From a virus (Duplodnaviria; Caudoviricetes), in the IMG/VR virus record IMGVR_UViG_3300020374_000835, positions 1 through 25,570 of that record: 25,570 bases of DNA; one strand, written 5' to 3'. The first letter of the stretch is position 1; the number at the start of each line of letters is the position of its first letter. Below are positions 1 through 7,698 of the stretch, piece by piece. Position numbers and translations under genes: made by a program. A model generated the notes under the pieces. That model was given only the letters and a program-made list of their open reading frames with translations. It searched no databases and had not been told where the DNA came from.

Positions 1-579
1 TGCTAATGAACCGTCTGATGATAAGAAACCATCCACGTGCCAAATAGCCGCCGTGATCGCTGTACAGTTTACGTATGAACCAAGTTTACCACCTTTTGTA
101 GTACCGTCCATAACAATCTGGTGATCGTCTGCCGCTGGTTGGTCGAAACCAACTGTAGCTACAGATTCGTTCAACAACGTGATTGATCCAAGGTCAGTGA
201 AGTCATTTGAAATCAATTGTCCTTGCATAGTGTCAGCTGAAGACGCCGCTGTGATCGTAAAGTTACCTGACGTGATTGTTGTTCCAACGTGAACCGCGTA
301 TGTTAGGCCTGTTGCCGCCGCTGGTAATGTAATTGTAATACCATCTGCTTTGTTACCTGTACATACTGATCCTGACTGTGCAACTGTTAAAGTTGTGTCA
401 GCCGATGCAGAAACTACGTTTCTGATGTAGTGTAAAACTAGTGGTACACCACCTGCTGTAGAACCATCTGAAATAAAGAACTGATTACTTGAATCATCAA
501 AGAATAAATCTCCGTCTCTACCTGTGTGAGAAGCTCTAGCTTCGGCGATAACCTTACCTAGTATTTTTCGTGTTGCCAT
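1..579 (-). CDS. Putative virion structural protein (fibre or decoration type), partial; runs off the window's left edge
   Basis: Not in the ORF track. Hand translation from ATG at 579 is open to position 1: MATRKILGKVIAEARASHTGRDGDLFFDDSSNQFFISDGSTAGGVPL...TLTVAQSG...ITITLPAAATGLTY. It is rich in Thr/Ala/Gly/Ser. The GDLFFD...ISDGSTAGG segment resembles the N-terminal module of Mtd-type/tail-fibre proteins. AAGGAG RBS at about 587-592; late-type TAAATA upstream. Confidence 0.7.
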   Translation of the reverse strand, partial: MATRKILGKVIAEARASHTGRDGDLFFDDSSNQFFISDGSTAGGVPLVLHYIRNVVSASADTTLTVAQSGSVCTGNKADGITITLPAAATGLTYAVHVGTTITSGNFTITAASSADTMQGQLISNDFTDLGSITLLNESVATVGFDQPAADDHQIVMDGTTKGGKLGSYVNCTAITAAIWHVDGFLSSDGSLA

Positions 580-702
580 ATTTTTTCTCCTTTATATGGG
601 TTGAGACTGTTATAGCTGAATTGCTACTTTGATACCTTTATACAATACAGTGAACATTTTTTGGAGATTCACTGGATCTTTATACATACCAGTCTGTACG
701 GA

Positions 703-708
703 TATTTA
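703..708 (-). promoter_or_regulatory. T4-like late promoter core (TAAATA)
   Basis: Plus-strand tattta at 703-708, in the gap upstream of the structural-like gene. Confidence 0.5.
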
Positions 709-724
709 CCAGATATTTTGGTTT

Positions 725-2419
725 TTAATATGCGTGTATGAACTTTTCTAGTTTAAACCCTTTTGAATCATAGGACTCTACGTAGTCTGAGTTGTTAGAG
801 TGTCTTATAACTCCCTGACCCCATACGACATCATAGTCACTGTAAGCAAATGCTTTCTTTATGGTCACGTCTATGTACTGACCGTTGCCAACTCCTAGTG
901 TGAGGAAAGTAACGTATCTGCCTTTGTCACCGCGGAATACTCTGCCATTTGCTATCATGCCAGCAAACTCCACCTTGTCCATGTACAGTTCTTTCACATA
1001 CATTCCCGGCATGAAGTCCTCCTGGCTCCACCATCCATACTTCCTGTATTGGAACTCCGGTGTGTCCCACCTATCTGATTTACTTGGTGTTACAACTTCT
1101 ATACCAACACGTTTTGCTTCTGTCCTGTACACCCAACGTTTGTAAGATCCCTGGCAGTGTTTCAAACAAGACTTCCAAAACTTCTCAGGGTTGTGTGCCT
1201 TCTGGTATGCCAGTGCCCATATGAGTCTCCCCAAGTTGACGGCATGAGCCCTACACAAACCAAAGCCAGATAATGATTGTAACATTGTTATTATTTCGTC
1301 CTTGCGTGGGTGGTTGCCCAGTTTGGATATGAACTCCATTATCTTCTCTTCGTTCTTTTTAGCGAATGCTCTACGATACATGTCTGCTTCGTACTTGTCT
1401 ATGCCCAGTACTTCAGAGATCCTGTCAATGGCGTCGTCCTCATACACTATAGTGTCACTCATACGTTCCTTGCTCCAGTCATGGAACATGGTTGCTTTCT
1501 TACGTCCAGATACTGCAACTGGTCTTATCAGTGCCGTACCAAACACACAGTCCTTGCTACTTTTTGGCTGTATTGCTCTGAACAGTCTCCTCATGGCCGG
1601 ACTTTCTGCCTGCGTCACTCCCAATACGTCTCCGCGACACAAAAGGGCCGAGGTAGCGGCATCTTCCTGAGGGTAGTCTGTGAGTTTCATTGTTGGTTCT
1701 ATCTCTATGAGTTGTGACAAACCACGATTGGCTAAAATATCCACCTTGAGGTGTTCGAGGTCTTCCACTTCGTTCTTGTCTAGTAATATTTGGTTCTCTG
1801 CCGTGAACAGGCTTTTTGGTAATTGTCTTTGAAACATCAGTATTCCTCCGCAGTGTTTTGATATGCATCTCTTCTTGCCTTTCAGTTTATTCTCGATCCT
1901 TTTGGCCTCTTTGGTATCAATGCCCAATGAATCGTATGTGAACCTGCGGGGTAGGTTTCCCTTGGCACCCAATCGTTTGGCCGCTTCACGCCTTGCTGAT
2001 TTATCTTTATAGAGCACGTAATTAGATATCCTAGCACTGCGTCCTGGCCACTTCTTGAATATCCTCTGCATAACCTCGTTCTGTCTGTGATGGGGGAAAT
2101 CTATGTCCACATCAGGAAGGTCGTCCCTGTTAGGGTTGAGGAATCTTGCCACGGGTATGTCCCACTCCACTGGGTCCACATCTGTTATGCCCAATAGGTA
2201 ACAGACCAACGATGAACCAGCACTACCACGTGTCATGTGCGGTATGTCTCGTGTCATTGCGATGATGTCACATATTTGTATGAAGTAATCTACGAAACGT
2301 AGTTGAAGGATGATGCTAGTTTCTTCGGCTAGCCTATGCGTGTATTTTTCTGTGCCTGGACATTGCCTAATAAATCTATCGTACAGCCTCGTTATGTCGT
2401 TTAGTTGTTTGTCTTTCAT
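725..2419 (-). CDS. dnaE: Compact family-C DNA polymerase (DnaE/Pol III alpha-like), lacking the PHP domain
   Basis: Motifs RGSAGSSLVCYLLGITDVDP, PDVDIDF (two catalytic Asp), KHCGG, KVDILANRGL (third Asp), GVTQAESPAMRRL, LIRP and GFGLCRAHA; OB-fold-like C-terminus (KVEFAGMIA...VTFLTL). Confidence 0.88.
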   Translation of the reverse strand: MKDKQLNDITRLYDRFIRQCPGTEKYTHRLAEETSIILQLRFVDYFIQICDIIAMTRDIPHMTRGSAGSSLVCYLLGITDVDPVEWDIPVARFLNPNRDDLPDVDIDFPHHRQNEVMQRIFKKWPGRSARISNYVLYKDKSARREAAKRLGAKGNLPRRFTYDSLGIDTKEAKRIENKLKGKKRCISKHCGGILMFQRQLPKSLFTAENQILLDKNEVEDLEHLKVDILANRGLSQLIEIEPTMKLTDYPQEDAATSALLCRGDVLGVTQAESPAMRRLFRAIQPKSSKDCVFGTALIRPVAVSGRKKATMFHDWSKERMSDTIVYEDDAIDRISEVLGIDKYEADMYRRAFAKKNEEKIMEFISKLGNHPRKDEIITMLQSLSGFGLCRAHAVNLGRLIWALAYQKAHNPEKFWKSCLKHCQGSYKRWVYRTEAKRVGIEVVTPSKSDRWDTPEFQYRKYGWWSQEDFMPGMYVKELYMDKVEFAGMIANGRVFRGDKGRYVTFLTLGVGNGQYIDVTIKKAFAYSDYDVVWGQGVIRHSNNSDYVESYDSKGFKLEKFIHAY

Positions 2420-2450
2420 TTGCCTATGCTTTTACTTTTGCCTGTTTGCC
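2419..2450 (-). repeat. Three AGGCAAA direct repeats in the dnaE leader
   Basis: Plus-strand tttgcct at 2419-2425, 2436-2442 and 2444-2450. Confidence 0.7.
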
Positions 2451-2461
2451 TTGAGCAGTTT

Positions 2462-2467
2462 TATTTA
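2462..2467 (-). promoter_or_regulatory. T4-like late promoter core (ATAAATA) upstream of dnaE
   Basis: Plus-strand tatttat at 2462-2468, in the 61-nt gap between nth and dnaE. Confidence 0.45.
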
Positions 2468-2480
2468 TCTGCGTATATTA

Positions 2481-3176
2481 TTATGTGTTAAGATTTTGGC
2501 GAAGTTTGCTTTTAGGAATATCGATGTCTCTCATATCACAAGCGGCCCTTATGACACAAGGATCACACTGTGGAGATCTCGATTTACAAACTTTCTTGGC
2601 ATGTGTAATGAGCCACATGTGGGCTCCATACTTGTATTTGCTTGGTGTGGTATTATTCACTGCTATTGAGGCCTTGCCTTCGTCCAAGCTGTCGGCCCAC
2701 CCCATACGCCATAACATTCTAAACACGTGAGTATCGACAGCTATGTGTGGTTCACCAAAAACAAATCGCATAACAATGTCTGAACTTTTACGCCCAACCC
2801 CAGGAAGAGTCATAAGTTCTTTTTGTGTTCTTGGGACAACACCATTAAATTTGTCTAAAAGTATTTTGCTAGTTGCGAGAATATTTTTACTTTTGGCATT
2901 GTATAAACCAGCTGGTTTGATTGCTTCTATGATTTCATCTTGAGATAATTTTACCATCTCTTCAGGCGTGTCAGCCATAGCAAACAGTTGATTACAGGCA
3001 ACAGCGGTCCTTTTATCTTGACTTTGTGCAGACAACATTACTCCTATGAGACTTGTATATGCTTGAGAATAAATTTTAGCTTTTGGCTTCCTATTAGAAT
3101 ATTTAGGATAAAGAGAACTTAGCTTCTCGTATATGTATTCAATGTCATTATTGTTCTTCATCTGAGTGTAGTTCAT
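2481..3176 (-). CDS. nth: Endonuclease III (HhH-GPD DNA glycosylase/AP lyase with 4Fe-4S cluster)
   Basis: MLSAQSQD; HhH motif LPGVGRKSS; IAVDTHVFR (catalytic Asp); C-x6-C-x2-C-x5-C (CKSRSPQCDPCVIRAAC). The start may instead be the ATG at 3161. Confidence 0.93.
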   Translation of the reverse strand: MNYTQMKNNNDIEYIYEKLSSLYPKYSNRKPKAKIYSQAYTSLIGVMLSAQSQDKRTAVACNQLFAMADTPEEMVKLSQDEIIEAIKPAGLYNAKSKNILATSKILLDKFNGVVPRTQKELMTLPGVGRKSSDIVMRFVFGEPHIAVDTHVFRMLWRMGWADSLDEGKASIAVNNTTPSKYKYGAHMWLITHAKKVCKSRSPQCDPCVIRAACDMRDIDIPKSKLRQNLNT

Positions 3177-4581
3177 TTAAGAGTTGTCTCAGTTTTCCAC
3201 CTTCAACTGTGGCCTTAACTTTTCCTACGGTGTCACCTTTACGCGGATCTGGAACTTCATTTCTTGCATCGGATCCCGGAGCAGAAACTTTCGAAGTTTG
3301 TTTTAGAGAATCATATATTGTGCTTCTCTGTTTGTCGAATTGTTTGTATTCAGGATCATCTGCTAGGTCTCTGATCCTTAAACTGTCTACATCAAACTCT
3401 AAGTCCACCTTCTGTCCTACTCCGCTTGAACTCCTAGTCTTCATAAACTGTATCTGATATCTGCCACGTTCCTTCATTGCTCTTGATGTGAATATACCTA
3501 TCACGTTATCTGCTGTTTGTATCTTAGATAATCCACCCGATATGTGAGAGTGATCAAACTCTATTTCTTCAACACTCGCTCTGTTCAACTGTGATGCAGT
3601 TGCTAGTATACATTGTTTTTCTACCACCAAGTTTCTAAGTTCCTCTGAAACGTATTTGTCTTTTATAAACAAGTCTGCCGGACTTATTCTTTTACTCTTA
3701 GGCATCATTAGATCCAAATAATCAATCAATATACAATCTATTTTCTTCTTATTTTTTAGTTCTAGTTCTTTAAGATATGTTCTTATGTCTAGCACCGTGC
3801 TTCCACTTGGCAAATATTTTATCTGCAAATTACCCGACTTCTTCGCCAACATCTTAACTTTCATTTCTACATTATCAATTTCCGGAAAGACTTTTTTTGT
3901 TGGAATGTTTGTCATCATTGCATCAAGCCTCATTGCAGTGAGCTGTTCACTTAATTCAAAAGAAATGTAACAAACGTTCAGACCAGCCTGTGCCCAATTC
4001 ACTGCAAGATTCTGTAAGAACAAACTTTTACCTGCGCCTGATCCACCTGCAAAGATGTTTAGTTCTCCTCGATTAAATCCACCGAATAGTTTCTTGTCAA
4101 TGTTATGCCAGCCAGTGCTGATCTGTCCGTTGTTCTCTTTGAGGGCCGTTAGTCTTCCCTTAGGGTCCTCGAAGTAGTCTGTCCCTAGATCACGTGTTAG
4201 TCCAACGTTTACTGCGTCCTTAACCATGTCCTCTACCGGAGCGTAGTCACCTTTCTCCAGCAAGTCTGCAGATTGCAATATTGCGTGTTCTAATGCCTTG
4301 TGTCTTGAAAATGTTTCAAATTCGTCAAGCAACCAGTTGAAGTGGCTTGGGTCCAAGTCCTTTGCGGATTTTAATTTTATATCATGTTTTGCGTTAACCT
4401 GTTCTACATCAGGCATAACTTTATATTCGTCCATGTAGTCTTTTACAAATTTGGCTATTGGTTGTAGTTTACGATCAAATGACTCAGGCTTGAATATGTT
4501 CTGTGCCCTTGCAAATGATTCAGCGTCTGCCAAAAGCATCTCTATGTAAAGTTTCTGTACGTCGAACGTGTATTCAGCCAT
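3148..4581 (-). CDS. gp41: Replicative DnaB-family helicase (T4 gp41-like)
   Basis: Walker A GGSGAGKS, ISFELSE, Walker B LIDYLD, TASQLNR and MKTRSS. Confidence 0.92.
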   Translation of the reverse strand: MAEYTFDVQKLYIEMLLADAESFARAQNIFKPESFDRKLQPIAKFVKDYMDEYKVMPDVEQVNAKHDIKLKSAKDLDPSHFNWLLDEFETFSRHKALEHAILQSADLLEKGDYAPVEDMVKDAVNVGLTRDLGTDYFEDPKGRLTALKENNGQISTGWHNIDKKLFGGFNRGELNIFAGGSGAGKSLFLQNLAVNWAQAGLNVCYISFELSEQLTAMRLDAMMTNIPTKKVFPEIDNVEMKVKMLAKKSGNLQIKYLPSGSTVLDIRTYLKELELKNKKKIDCILIDYLDLMMPKSKRISPADLFIKDKYVSEELRNLVVEKQCILATASQLNRASVEEIEFDHSHISGGLSKIQTADNVIGIFTSRAMKERGRYQIQFMKTRSSSGVGQKVDLEFDVDSLRIRDLADDPEYKQFDKQRSTIYDSLKQTSKVSAPGSDARNEVPDPRKGDTVGKVKATVEGGKLRQLLNELHSDEEQ

Positions 4582-4739
4582 TATTTGAAAAACCTTTTAA
4601 ATTTATCTATTGATTTTTGTAAAGGACCATATACTTGCTCAATAAAAACTATGTGCTTCGATAATTTTTTATCTAAGTCATTTATTACTTTTTTCAGATC
4701 TTTTATCTCTTTTTTTAGATCCGCAATTTCTTTATCCAT
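4581..4739 (-). CDS. Small coiled-coil protein, 52 aa (not in ORF track)
   Basis: MDKEIADLKKEIKDLKKVINDLDKKLSKHIVFIEQVYGPLQKSIDKFKRFFK*. It fills the primase-helicase gap, has AAGGA upstream, and its TAA overlaps the helicase ATG (TAATG). Confidence 0.75.
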   Translation of the reverse strand: MDKEIADLKKEIKDLKKVINDLDKKLSKHIVFIEQVYGPLQKSIDKFKRFFK

Positions 4740-5745
4740 ACATTTTCCTTTTCAAATCTATTTTCAGTTTACTAGACTCTGTTGTTTTTAATATTGTTTG
4801 TATAGTAAACAATCTACCGTATTTTAACACAGCATCTGCCACATCGCCAACCGTTTTATCCCATTCTGGAAATGCAACACTCCATCCAAATTCTGTTGCC
4901 TGGTTAATTAATTTTTCTCCTGGAGCATCTCTGTCTGGTATAACAATTACCTTTCTGTTAAGACTATCTATCAACTCTCTTTGTGTTTCATTTATCTCTG
5001 AGCCGAGTATGCTCACGCCAGAAACGGATATGGCATCAAATGGGCCTTCTGTAACAATAACAAACTTTCTTGTCCAATCTTGTGCGTCCATGTTGAATAC
5101 ATAGCCTGGTTGCACGTCTGTGTAATATTTTACTTTGTTATCACTAGTAAAAATCCTTCCTGTGTAACCTACTATGTCACCTCTCCAGTAGAATGGTATC
5201 ATTAATCTTTGATTCATGTCCCACATTTTGTTTGATGAATACATGAAATCATACCAGTCCGGACCAATGCCTCGGCTCGACAAATAATTCAACAGATTGT
5301 CTATATGTGTGCGTTCACTGTTTGATAAGTTTCCTGTCGTATATTTTTCAAGCCAAACATCCAATGATAGTGTATCCTTTGGCAAACTTTTATTTTTAAA
5401 TGTAATAAATTTTTTCTTTTCATATTTTACATCACTTTCTTCCTCACGCATGGCTTCTATTGCCAGCTTCCTAATTGTTTCGTCTGGTATGCCAATGTAG
5501 CCCATGAACTGCCTCATTTTATATGAAAGTTTTCTGCCGATTACATAGGAGGCCTTGTATCCACAGTTGAAGCAATGATAACTGACAGTGCCGTCAACGC
5601 TAGTCATTATACCACCACGTTTCTTTTTGTCTGCTGTTTCGCCGTTGTGTACACAGCAAGGTGCATTGAATGATATCCACCCACTGGGTGTTTTCTTTCT
5701 GCCTGTAGGCAGGCTCGTCAGAATAGTCGACTGGATCAGGTTCAT
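4732..5745 (-). CDS. gp61: DNA primase (T4 gp61/DnaG-like)
   Basis: N-terminal Zn-binding region (CCVH...CFNCG), RLMIPF...YTGR, TOPRIM motifs VTEGPFDA, PDRDAPG and DVAD. Confidence 0.88.
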   Translation of the reverse strand: MNLIQSTILTSLPTGRKKTPSGWISFNAPCCVHNGETADKKKRGGIMTSVDGTVSYHCFNCGYKASYVIGRKLSYKMRQFMGYIGIPDETIRKLAIEAMREEESDVKYEKKKFITFKNKSLPKDTLSLDVWLEKYTTGNLSNSERTHIDNLLNYLSSRGIGPDWYDFMYSSNKMWDMNQRLMIPFYWRGDIVGYTGRIFTSDNKVKYYTDVQPGYVFNMDAQDWTRKFVIVTEGPFDAISVSGVSILGSEINETQRELIDSLNRKVIVIPDRDAPGEKLINQATEFGWSVAFPEWDKTVGDVADAVLKYGRLFTIQTILKTTESSKLKIDLKRKMYG

Positions 5746-5755
5746 AATCTATATT

Positions 5756-6577
5756 TTACTGTCTGTAGAGTATTTTGTCAATCACTCCAGTGTTACCAGT
5801 GCTGTTACCCCAGCTGAATCTAATGTTTTGGTAAACTCCTGTGAAATTGAATGTGGTCACTGTGGTTGAGTCACTAAATGAATTTGCAGGCTCACTTGCA
5901 CCTTCCATGGTAATATCAAAGTAGTCAGTTTCCTCTGGTGATGTACTCATTGTGCCTTGTACCCTTAAAGCACCAGTGAAGTTTTTGGTATACACGGCTA
6001 TTGTGTGTAGTGCCTTATTGTTGTTCAATCCTGGCTTAGCATTTATTTTTCCCGTTGTGTGTGTTAAAGGGCCGCCAGTGGCTGTAAATGATGATACGCT
6101 TGTGCTTGGAATAAATTGTGCATATGCTCCGTCGAGGACCTCCATTGTTCCTCCCGCAACGTAACTAGTATCTGCATATGTTACCAATGTACTACCATCT
6201 GATTTGATTTCTTTGATTGCATAGGTATAAAACTTCGCATCTAGTTCCAGCAAATCTCCATCTGATATTTCACAACTAGCTTGGCCTTTTGTTGAAACTG
6301 TACTACCATCATCGATAATTGTTAAATTTTTTGTGATTACGGATTGTTGCGATTCGGAGTCCACAACCTCTAATTGATAGTAGTTTCCGCTTTCAACTGT
6401 CTTTGCAGACACGTCCTGCGCCTTCTGATCCTCATTTTTAAACGTAAAGGTAAGTGGATTGGTGACCCCTCTGTGTAATGTTAACCGTCTATCGTACACT
6501 TTTGAATTCCTTCCGTGGAAACCGTTTTGGTAAGCGATTACCATTTGTGATAGTAAATACCTTGAAACTGTTTGCAT
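5756..6577 (-). CDS. Hypothetical beta-rich protein, probably late/virion-associated
   Basis: 273-aa Thr/Gly/Ser-rich ORF with alternating beta-strand patterns, directly downstream of an exact TATAAATA. Confidence 0.6.
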   Translation of the reverse strand: MQTVSRYLLSQMVIAYQNGFHGRNSKVYDRRLTLHRGVTNPLTFTFKNEDQKAQDVSAKTVESGNYYQLEVVDSESQQSVITKNLTIIDDGSTVSTKGQASCEISDGDLLELDAKFYTYAIKEIKSDGSTLVTYADTSYVAGGTMEVLDGAYAQFIPSTSVSSFTATGGPLTHTTGKINAKPGLNNNKALHTIAVYTKNFTGALRVQGTMSTSPEETDYFDITMEGASEPANSFSDSTTVTTFNFTGVYQNIRFSWGNSTGNTGVIDKILYRQ

Positions 6578-6583
6578 AGTACA

Positions 6584-6601
6584 TATTTAACAGTATTTAT
6601 A
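6584..6601 (-). promoter_or_regulatory. Tandem T4-type late promoters (TATAAATA and TAAATA)
   Basis: Plus-strand tatttata at 6594-6601 is the exact T4 late consensus; tattta at 6584-6589 lies 6 nt before the ATG at 6577. Confidence 0.7.
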
Positions 6602-6609
6602 GATATAGA

Positions 6610-6984
6610 ATGAATGAAATTTTTAACACTCTAAGGGACAAATTCCCATTTTTAAGCCTTATCCGAAAAGGCGACTTGGAATATGTAGGCATAGTGCAAA
6701 ATCAAGATACTCATGTGATCAGTTTTTATGACTATGGTAGACTGTACTCACCACAGGATAAGATGAGGTTCCTGAAGTGCGGTGAAACTTGGTGGCATGA
6801 ATCCAACCGTAAATTACCAATCAACATATTTCTTAAGGGTGAGTTCAAGTATTTTAGGAGCACGTTGGTAACTTTGAACTCAAAGGATATAGATATAGTG
6901 CATGGCCCAACTGTAAGACTTTCCGATATTTCAAAGAAACGGGTGAAAAGAAGAACAATCCAATTAGTCAGAAAACCTGTTTAG
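6610..6984 (+). CDS. Hypothetical phage protein, 124 aa
   Basis: Divergent ORF filling the gap; WWHESNRKLPINIFLK motif and basic C-terminus; no family recognised. Confidence 0.7.
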   Translation: MNEIFNTLRDKFPFLSLIRKGDLEYVGIVQNQDTHVISFYDYGRLYSPQDKMRFLKCGETWWHESNRKLPINIFLKGEFKYFRSTLVTLNSKDIDIVHGPTVRLSDISKKRVKRRTIQLVRKPV

Positions 6985-7127
6985 TCTTTTTTCTTTTCAG
7001 GCAGTACAGAACCTGTTGTAATATAGTGTTGTGTTAAGGGACTATCTGGCTGGTAGCCATATGGTTCGATATTTTTGGAAGTTTTTCTTTTTTTATTTTT
7101 TTTGATCTTACGTCTTTGACTCTGCAT
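6981..7127 (-). CDS. Small very basic protein, 48 aa (not in ORF track)
   Basis: MQSQRRKIKKNKKRKTSKNIEPYGYQPDSPLTQHYITTGSVLPEKKKD*. It fills the gap, its stop overlaps the convergent gene's stop, and TAAATA lies 8 nt before its ATG. Confidence 0.55.
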   Translation of the reverse strand: MQSQRRKIKKNKKRKTSKNIEPYGYQPDSPLTQHYITTGSVLPEKKKD

Positions 7128-7698
7128 CAAAACTATATTTATGCTTTTGTATTAAATTCATCTGGACTACGATTGCCTGTGCGTATGCAACAGCATGTGA
7201 TTTCTTAAAAAAATAGGATCCGTCTGTTGGTTTCACCCATACTTGCTTCATTATGTCATGCCAGTCTTTATACATCAACTGTCTTTTGGCCGGACGTATG
7301 ATTGCCAATACAGCCGCAAGTTGTTCAATGCTTTTTGGTTGAAGTTTACTTACGATGTTAAAGTGTCCGTTCAAGTGAAAAAGATTGTCTACGATTTTCT
7401 TATCTTCAAGCATGTCCCAATCCGGCTGTTGTATCATAAGTTCTACAAGCTCTTGCTCTGATTTGACTTCTTTGTAAATGTTAACATTTAAACAGTCTAT
7501 CTTAAAATATCCACGGTTCTCAGCATCTTTGTAATCCAACGACGCATGACCAGTAACCGGGTGTTCGGGTATAGCATGGAAGTACACTCCAGTCTTATGT
7601 TTTTCAGACTTGCCTTCTTTTATCATTGAAGCTGGCGTGTGTTTGAATAACTTCAACGTATTATCTCTGTCATAAAAATCTATATCTACGTCAGGCAT
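7108..7698 (-). CDS. Minimal DnaE-like polymerase catalytic fragment, 196 aa; probable C-terminal half of a split Pol III alpha-like enzyme
   Basis: Start revised to ATG 7698 (AAGGA RBS, TAATG overlap). Begins MPDVDIDF; also has KHKTGVYF, GYFKIDCLN, LAIIRPA and YFFKKSHAVAYA. Lacks the upstream RGS motif. Confidence 0.8.
   Translation of the reverse strand: MPDVDIDFYDRDNTLKLFKHTPASMIKEGKSEKHKTGVYFHAIPEHPVTGHASLDYKDAENRGYFKIDCLNVNIYKEVKSEQELVELMIQQPDWDMLEDKKIVDNLFHLNGHFNIVSKLQPKSIEQLAAVLAIIRPAKRQLMYKDWHDIMKQVWVKPTDGSYFFKKSHAVAYAQAIVVQMNLIQKHKYSFDAESKT
7136..7141 (-). promoter_or_regulatory. Late promoter core TAAATA for the 48-aa ORF
   Basis: Plus-strand tattta at 7136-7141, inside the 3' end of the mini-dnaE. 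Confidence 0.35.

Noticed and set aside
1-2419. Diversity-generating retroelement or targeted mutagenesis of the Mtd-like structural gene by the adjacent polymerase
   Set aside because: No reverse transcriptase and no template/variable repeat pair were seen; adjacency alone is not evidence
725-7698. The two dnaE genes as halves of one split-intein polymerase
   Set aside because: Both contain the same catalytic region (PDVDIDF), so they overlap rather than complement each other, and neither carries intein termini
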